Source: Antedon mediterranea | Taxonomy: Eukaryota > Animalia > Echinodermata | Reading direction: 5' to 3' | Length of the DNA: 64,000 bases | Assembly: GCF_964355755.1 (NCBI RefSeq) | Contig: NC_092674.1 | Coordinates: 27,962,001 to 28,026,000, forward strand | Shown here: in pieces, positions 61,985 to 64,000 of the stretch | Layout: every line of letters starts with the position of its first letter | Numbering within the stretch: the first letter of the stretch is position 1 | Position numbers and translations under genes: made by a program | The notes under the pieces: model-generated | Seen by the model: only the letters and a program-made list of their open reading frames with translations | Told to the model about the DNA's origin: nothing | Database searches by the model: none

Positions 61985-62969
61985 ATGGCAGGATCAGGAA
62001 AGGTGATCGGTTGTCTGGTCTTTGGATGTCTCATTGGTGTGTTAGGTGTGGTGCTTATACCTGTTGTCAACAAAGTTATCCACAACATGGTAGTCGATGT
62101 AAGTTGTAAAAAATATGATTTAAAAACCAGTGGCTTAACGCAGAGGCCTGAGGCCCCTGGTTTAGGAACCCTCAGGTGTTTTTTTTAGCCCTTTTCGACA
62201 TATTTTAATGCCTTTTTTCCCTCTGGGCAGTTCTCAGTGGCCCTCATAATCTCTGGGGCCCCTAGCGCTCATAGCCGTAATTATGCTACTGTTAAAATGA
62301 TGAGTCTTTGTAGGAATTTTTTTTTGTATAGCCCAAGCGAACAACAGCCATAAGTTGGATAATATAGTTGAATTGAATGGGGTGAATTTAAACTAATTGA
62401 ACATCTAAAGCTCTATCTATACCCTCAAACATTATGTGACAAAAAATGTGATGTACCCACAATGATGTCATGTCACTGTACAGTATTTGGGCACATCAAA
62501 CTTTTTTTGTCAAACTAGTTTGATAGTGTAGACAGAGTGATGCTATGCAAATGTACTGTAAAAGGTTTTATTTATAGTTATTTTTTTTTTACCTTAATTA
62601 TGAATTTCTAACAAGAATCTTCAATAAAATTTCAACTATAAAAAGAAATTCTTAGAATGACACTACATTATGCTCATTTCTAATAAAATATGTTCATTAA
62701 CCAAATTAGTAAATTATTAATTTCTTATTTTTTTAATAAACACATGAATCATTTTATATAATGTTAATTTCTGTTGTTGGCTTCTAAGCATTTGTTATTC
62801 TTTCTTAACAGCAAATTGTTTTAAAGAATGGATCCACTGGTTATGATAACTGGATCAATGCCCCAGTACCCGTCTACGCTCAGTATTGGGTGTGGGATTG
62901 TATAAACCACATGGAGGTGTTAGAAGGAGAAAAGCCTCACTTTGTTCAAAAAGGACCTTATACGTACAG
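61985..62969 (+). CDS. CD36-family class B scavenger receptor (LIMP-2/SCARB2-like), paralog 2, 5' part only
   Basis: Exons 61985-62098 (N-terminal TM) and 62812-62969 (QIVLKNGSTGYDNWINAPVPVYAQYWVW...KGPYTYR) have the same lengths (114, 158 nt) and phases as paralog 1. The gene continues beyond the window. Confidence 0.88.
62128..62291. mobile_element. hAT-like MITE
   Basis: CAGTGGC...GCTACTG termini with an imperfect 8-bp flank duplication (TTAAAAAC/TTAAAATG); a related fragment lies at ~13745-13850. Confidence 0.5.
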
Positions 62970-64000
62970 GTATGTTATATTTGATTTTGTAACTATAATA
63001 ACGTATGTAGCCGAAATAAAAGTAAAAATAAATAACAAATGTTTAAAACTTTTAATTTATGTCCTTTTATACCTAGATATTTGATATTATGGTAGAAAAA
63101 CGACCTTACTGTAATAATAATAATGTGGTACAATACACAGGTCTCATTTTTTGCACAAAAAAAATTGTTAAATCATTTGTTTTTTTTATTTCACGTCCAA
63201 AAGCAAGCACATGACTCACCAAGAAAATGACTAATTTTGTCCAAGGTTTAACCTCAGGCCTTATCAATACGCCAATTTAAGGATTCAAGCTTTATCACTA
63301 ATATTTTGATATTTTCTTTTCTACCATGAACAATAGACCAGTTGATTTCCAGTTTTTTTTTATTCATAATTAACATTTCTATACAAGCATCTTTTCCTCA
63401 TAAAATCTTTAATAGTTGCCTTTGTCAAATGTCATATTACACTTAACATTAACAGGCACTATTAGAAAAGAACTGTGTGCCTATTATTCTTACTTTTACT
63501 TCCCTATGCATTGATCAAACTACTACTTCTAATACTGTATTGTAAATGATAACAGCCTTATACCGGAATTCCTATATAATTAATTTCTAGTTTAAAGTTC
63601 AGTAAAGTTTGTTGACACTTGTCAAACGTATCTTGTTTGTTAGTATGTTATTGGGTAATATTGTAGTTACCAAAAATATTAGCTCTATACACAGGCAAAT
63701 ATTAAACCAATAACTACTGTTTAAATAAACATTGCAGGTAGACAATGCATGAAATCCCTATCATAATATCAAGCAACAAGAATAACATTAACTTAATACT
63801 GATTCTGATATAAACCACCTCATACGCCCCTCTCCTTCAAGTAGTACCAAAATGTATGCAAAATTGTTTGTGTTGTGTATGATTCAGGCAACATATATTT
63901 ACATACAAATCTATTCTGTAGAAAAAAATTCAAGGTTTTATGGAAAAAATAACCATTTTACTGCTGGACTATGAGTCATCTTTGGGTGTAAAAGCTATCC

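Noticed and set aside
10519-62969. Functional cluster of endolysosomal lipid genes (INPP4, MOSPD2, SCARB)
   Set aside because: Thematic similarity only; neighbouring animal genes are not evidence of a system without synteny or co-expression data.

Overview
AT-rich, intron-rich animal (invertebrate) genomic DNA, possibly echinoderm (inference only); there are no prokaryotic systems, CRISPR arrays or rRNA. I assembled spliced genes by hand from splice sites and frame continuity. From left to right: two tandem copies of an orphan 6-exon gene on the minus strand encoding an acidic protein with an N-myristoylation-type start (MGNKCS), one copy frameshifted and the other carrying a 1441-bp non-autonomous Helitron whose empty site is visible in the paralog; a 21-exon PH-C2 inositol polyphosphate 4-phosphatase (INPP4); MOSPD2 (CRAL-TRIO + MSP + TM); a 2-exon orphan gene with an Arg/Trp-rich C-terminus; an ankyrin-repeat/SOCS-box (ASB) gene with an uninterrupted CDS; an intact single-ORF CR1/L2-group LINE with a DVESNPGP 2A-like motif upstream of the endonuclease; and two tandem CD36/SCARB scavenger receptor genes (the first has a GC-AG intron, the second has a CLEAR-like promoter and runs off the window). 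Introns hold many PIF/Harbinger-type MITEs (some nested), Kolobok-, hAT- and Tc1-like MITEs, tRNA-derived SINEs, LINE tails and minisatellites. I found no clearly new biological system. The best leads are the duplicated orphan gene, the 2A-LINE, the Helitron terminus and the Arg/Trp-tailed orphan.
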